Assembly: GCF_036971445.1 (NCBI RefSeq)
Contig: NC_091469.1
Span: forward strand, 157,542,001 to 157,606,000
Origin: Narcine bancroftii
Lineage: Eukaryota
DNA length: 64,000 nucleotides
Direction of reading: 5' to 3'
The translations under genes were made by a program, and so were the position numbers. Position 1 is the stretch's first letter. Every line of letters starts with the position of its first letter. This document shows, one piece after another, positions 60,964 to 64,000 of the stretch. A model generated the notes under the pieces. The model was not told where the DNA came from. It made no database searches and saw nothing but the letters and a program-made list of their open reading frames with translations.

Positions 60964-61158
60964 TTTTGTTTTATTCTTTGGCTTTAACGAGGGCTTTTGC
61001 AGAGTAGTGACAACACACAATTTATCTTTGCCAATAGCAGAACTTCGTTAAAACAGGCGTCTGCTTACCTCCCTTTGTAGGATGGTCACTTGTTGTTATC
61101 ACCACACCACAATCGACCGGTGTTTCGTATCTTTTTCTTCCGTCACTTCTCCATCTTC

Positions 61159-61176
61159 ATCACGTCGGGGTCACCA
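61159..61176 (-). promoter_or_regulatory. Primer-binding site, tRNA-Trp
   Basis: TGGTGACCCCGACGTGAT, 3 nt from the ERV-C 5' LTR; matches the tRNA-Trp PBS known from avian leukosis viruses. Confidence 0.93.
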
Positions 61177-61179
61177 AAT

Positions 61180-61949
61180 TGTCGGACTCTGGCTTTAACT
61201 TACTCTTAATTTAGTCTATGTGTGGTCTGAGTCCAGCGCGTTCTTTGAATGAAGTGATAGGAGAAGGTATTCGGTTCAACAGTCAATTTATTACACAGCA
61301 CAAGAATAAAACTTAACAGAGCTCTGGGTCAGTCATTAGTTCATAGGTCACCTGCACAGTGAGCTACTCCCCAAGACTGACCCCTATTGTCCAGTTGGCT
61401 CAGTTTATATAGGTCAACCTTATCATACAGAACAAAAGTTGGCTTCCTTTGCTAGATCTTTTTGCATAAGGGTTATCACAAGTCATCTCCTGTTTTGCAG
61501 ATATCTGGGGTGTAGCACTCCCATCTTAATCCTCCAGGCCAGACTATCCTGTTGAGTTGATCAGAAATTAATTCATCCCCAGATATTTCTAATCACCATT
61601 CTGTTCTTGTCTGGCCAATTTCTGCTGTTCTCTTTAACACCTCCTCCTGCCTTAATCTTCCTCCTAGACTGGTTTTCCATTCCCTTTGTTTCTTGCAGGC
61701 CATTCTTTGTTCTGATCTGGCCTGTGTCTCCTGTGCTACTCACCACCTCCTTTAGTTTGAGCATTCCTCCTAAATCGTTTTATGCATTTCCTCTCCCTGT
61801 ATTTGGGAGCAGACAATTTTGCTCAGCCAACTTTGCTCCATGCTGTGATTGCCACTTAATCACATTCCTTTTTCCCTGAACCATGCAGTAAATATACACT
61901 TATTAATTAATCATTTATTTCATACTGTTTTAACCCCTAGATTCCAACA
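61180..61949 (-). repeat. ERV-C 5' LTR (770 bp)
   Basis: TG...CA termini; pairs with 45648-46419. Confidence 0.95.
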
Positions 61950-62025
61950 GTCTCCGTGCAGCCTCACGGTGTGTATTGACTGAGAACCGTGACCCCCCCC
62001 CCCCCCTTCATAATCTGCTTCCATC

Positions 62026-62815
62026 TGTCGGACTCTGACTTTACCCTACCCTTAATTTAGTCTATGTGTCGTCTGAGTCCAGCGTATTCATTAAATGAAG
62101 TGATAGGAGAATCAGTTTATTACACAGCATAAGAATAAAGCTTACAGAGCTCTCGTTCAGTCGTTAGTTCATAGGTCACCTGCACAGTGAGCTATTCCCC
62201 AAGATTGACCTCTACTGTCCAGTCTCTACAGTTTATATAGCTCAACCTTATCATTCAGAACAAAAGTTGGCTTCCTTTGCTAGATTTCTTGCTTAAGATT
62301 TATCACAAGTAATTTCCTACTCTGCAGTTATCTGGGGTGGAGAGCTCCCATCTTAATCCTCAAGGTCAGAATATCCTGTTGTTTTGATCAGAAATCAATT
62401 CATACCCCAGATATTTCTAATTATTTCTTTGTTCTCATCTGGCCATATTCTTCTGTTCTACTCAACACCTCCTTCTGTCTTAGCCTTCTTACTGATTCCA
62501 TTCTCTTTGTTTCTGACAGTCTCTGTCAGATTCTTTTTGTTTGTGCTAATCAACACCTCCTTTTGCCTTAACCTTCCTACTAAATTGTTTCATACATATC
62601 CTCTCTTTTGTATCTTGGGAACAGACAATTCTAAACCTACTGTAATCAGCCAACTTTGCTACATACTGTGGCTGCCCCTTACATTACTCTTTCCCTTCAC
62701 CATGAGGTAAATATTAAATTGTTACATAGTACTGAATTCATGTATACAAACTGAATAGTACATAAGCATATATTCTACATATTTTCTATGATTAATTAAC
62801 CCCTATATTCCAACA
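62026..62815 (-). mobile_element. Solo LTR (790 bp) of an ERV-C-related subfamily
   Basis: TGTCGGAC...TTCCAACA termini and perfect 4-bp TSD CATC. ERV-B gag resumes on both sides. Confidence 0.93.
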
Positions 62816-64000
62816 CATCAGTGCGTAAGATCGCATCTCCCTGGCTCGCATTGGGCATTCTCTCTTAAAATGTCCCTCCTTTTTACAATGGCAGCAAACT
62901 AATGCTCCTGTTTCCCAATTCCTACCGGATTACCACGAGGTCCCAGGGATGGTCGTCGTCCCCAGAATTCCCCTCTACCCTTGCCCCTGCTCTGGTCTCT
63001 ACTCTCCCACTCCCGGAGCTCCTCCCAATGTCCAGGAGCTGGCACACAGCCCCTACCCTTTCCTTGCTGTCCCTCCACGACTTCCTTGACTGCCTGCATC
63101 AAAATCTTAGCCTTTCCTTTCTGTTTATGGGCATTCTCTCTTAAAATTACGCACCTCCGTACTAGTCAGGGGCACATTTACAAAACCGAGACCCCCTCCC
63201 ATGGGAACTTCCCGTAAAGGTCTCATCCAGTTAATTTCTGGCTTATCCTCTCCTTTATAATGTCTAGATTCCTGCTCTCCAGGAAATAAATCAAAAGGTT
63301 CTGCCCTTCCCTCCCGGAGGGTCTCACACTGTTTTGAATCAAAGTCTCCTCCCTCTCTTGTCAATTGAGGTGGTAATCTAGTACTTTGTGAACAGGTCAT
63401 CATACCACCCCTACTTTCTTCTCCTTTCTTTAGTTGTGGGGGAGGAGGGGGAAGGTGCAGAAGGGTAGAGCATAGGAGAGAGGGGAAAGATAGGAGCCGG
63501 CATAGGAGGAGCATAAGGTGGAGGAAGGGAATGTAACACATCCCATCCTTGTGTTTCAGGGACAAAAGGTTCCTCATCCTTCTTGTCCTTACATTCCTTT
63601 TCATTCAAAACCAGTTGATCAACCGATCCACTGAGCCAGCAGGCTGCATATTCTCTGCTCTCAATATTATCTCTTTGGTTTTGATAGAGCCAGATGTTCA
63701 ATGCCTGACACATCCAGTCATCCTCGGATCCGAGCTTTGGCCAATATACCGAACTCCCTTTTATCGGACTTTTAACCCATTCCAGACAGCAATACCTGAC
63801 CATGGTCAGTTTGTCTTTCCCACGGGTTCTCCCCGCACCCCAAGCAGATAGCATTAATCCTAATGGACTTTGCTTAGTTATCTGATTGTCCTGTCCTTCC
63901 TTAGGACTATTTCCCTTGCTACTCACACCTCCCATACTAACAGGTAAGTAAAATTCCTCTTACCGGGATCCAGTAGCTATTCCTAGCGCGCTTCCTTAAT

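Larger units (their letters stand above)
45648..61949 (-). mobile_element. ERV-C: defective tRNA-Trp-primed provirus nested in ERV-B
   Basis: LTRs 45648-46419 and 61180-61949, 4-bp TSD TTCT / GTCT, PBS 61159-61176, PPT AAAAGGGGGAC, gag 50528-~52070, pol 46862-50527. The RT palm (LPQG-YxDD) is deleted near 49150. Confidence 0.93.
41442..64000 (-). mobile_element. ERV-B: defective class I (gamma/epsilon-like) provirus; pieces 41442-45647, 61954-62025 and 62820-64000+
   Basis: 3' LTR 41442-41932, PPT 41933-41950, env remnants, pol 43085-45647 (DSGA, LPQG, YVDD, RNase H; integrase core deleted), gag 62820-63935 (PPPY, PSAP, CCHC; capsid deleted). The sequence is continuous across the inserts. 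Confidence 0.92.

Overview
Repeat-dense vertebrate DNA. The CR1, Penelope-like, Rex1, RTE and tRNA-SINE complement suggests a cartilaginous fish (inference). Bases 1-37,400 hold three minus-strand exons of an immunoglobulin-superfamily gene: a signal-peptide exon and two tandem Siglec-15-like V-set exons, both lacking the sialic-acid-binding Arg. They sit among nested LINEs, DNA transposons, MITEs, SINEs and short solo LTRs. After an assembly gap (37,528-38,118) comes a ~26 kb stack of LTR elements, all on the minus strand. A Gypsy remnant hosts ERV-B. ERV-B hosts a solo LTR and ERV-C, which is tRNA-Trp primed, has a UGA gag-pol junction and carries a 2H-phosphoesterase-like domain between protease and RT. 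ERV-C hosts a very young ERV-A with intact gag-pol, no functional env, a tRNA-Pro PBS, UAG readthrough and near-identical 688-bp LTRs. All calls come from reading the sequence by eye; no database searches were run.
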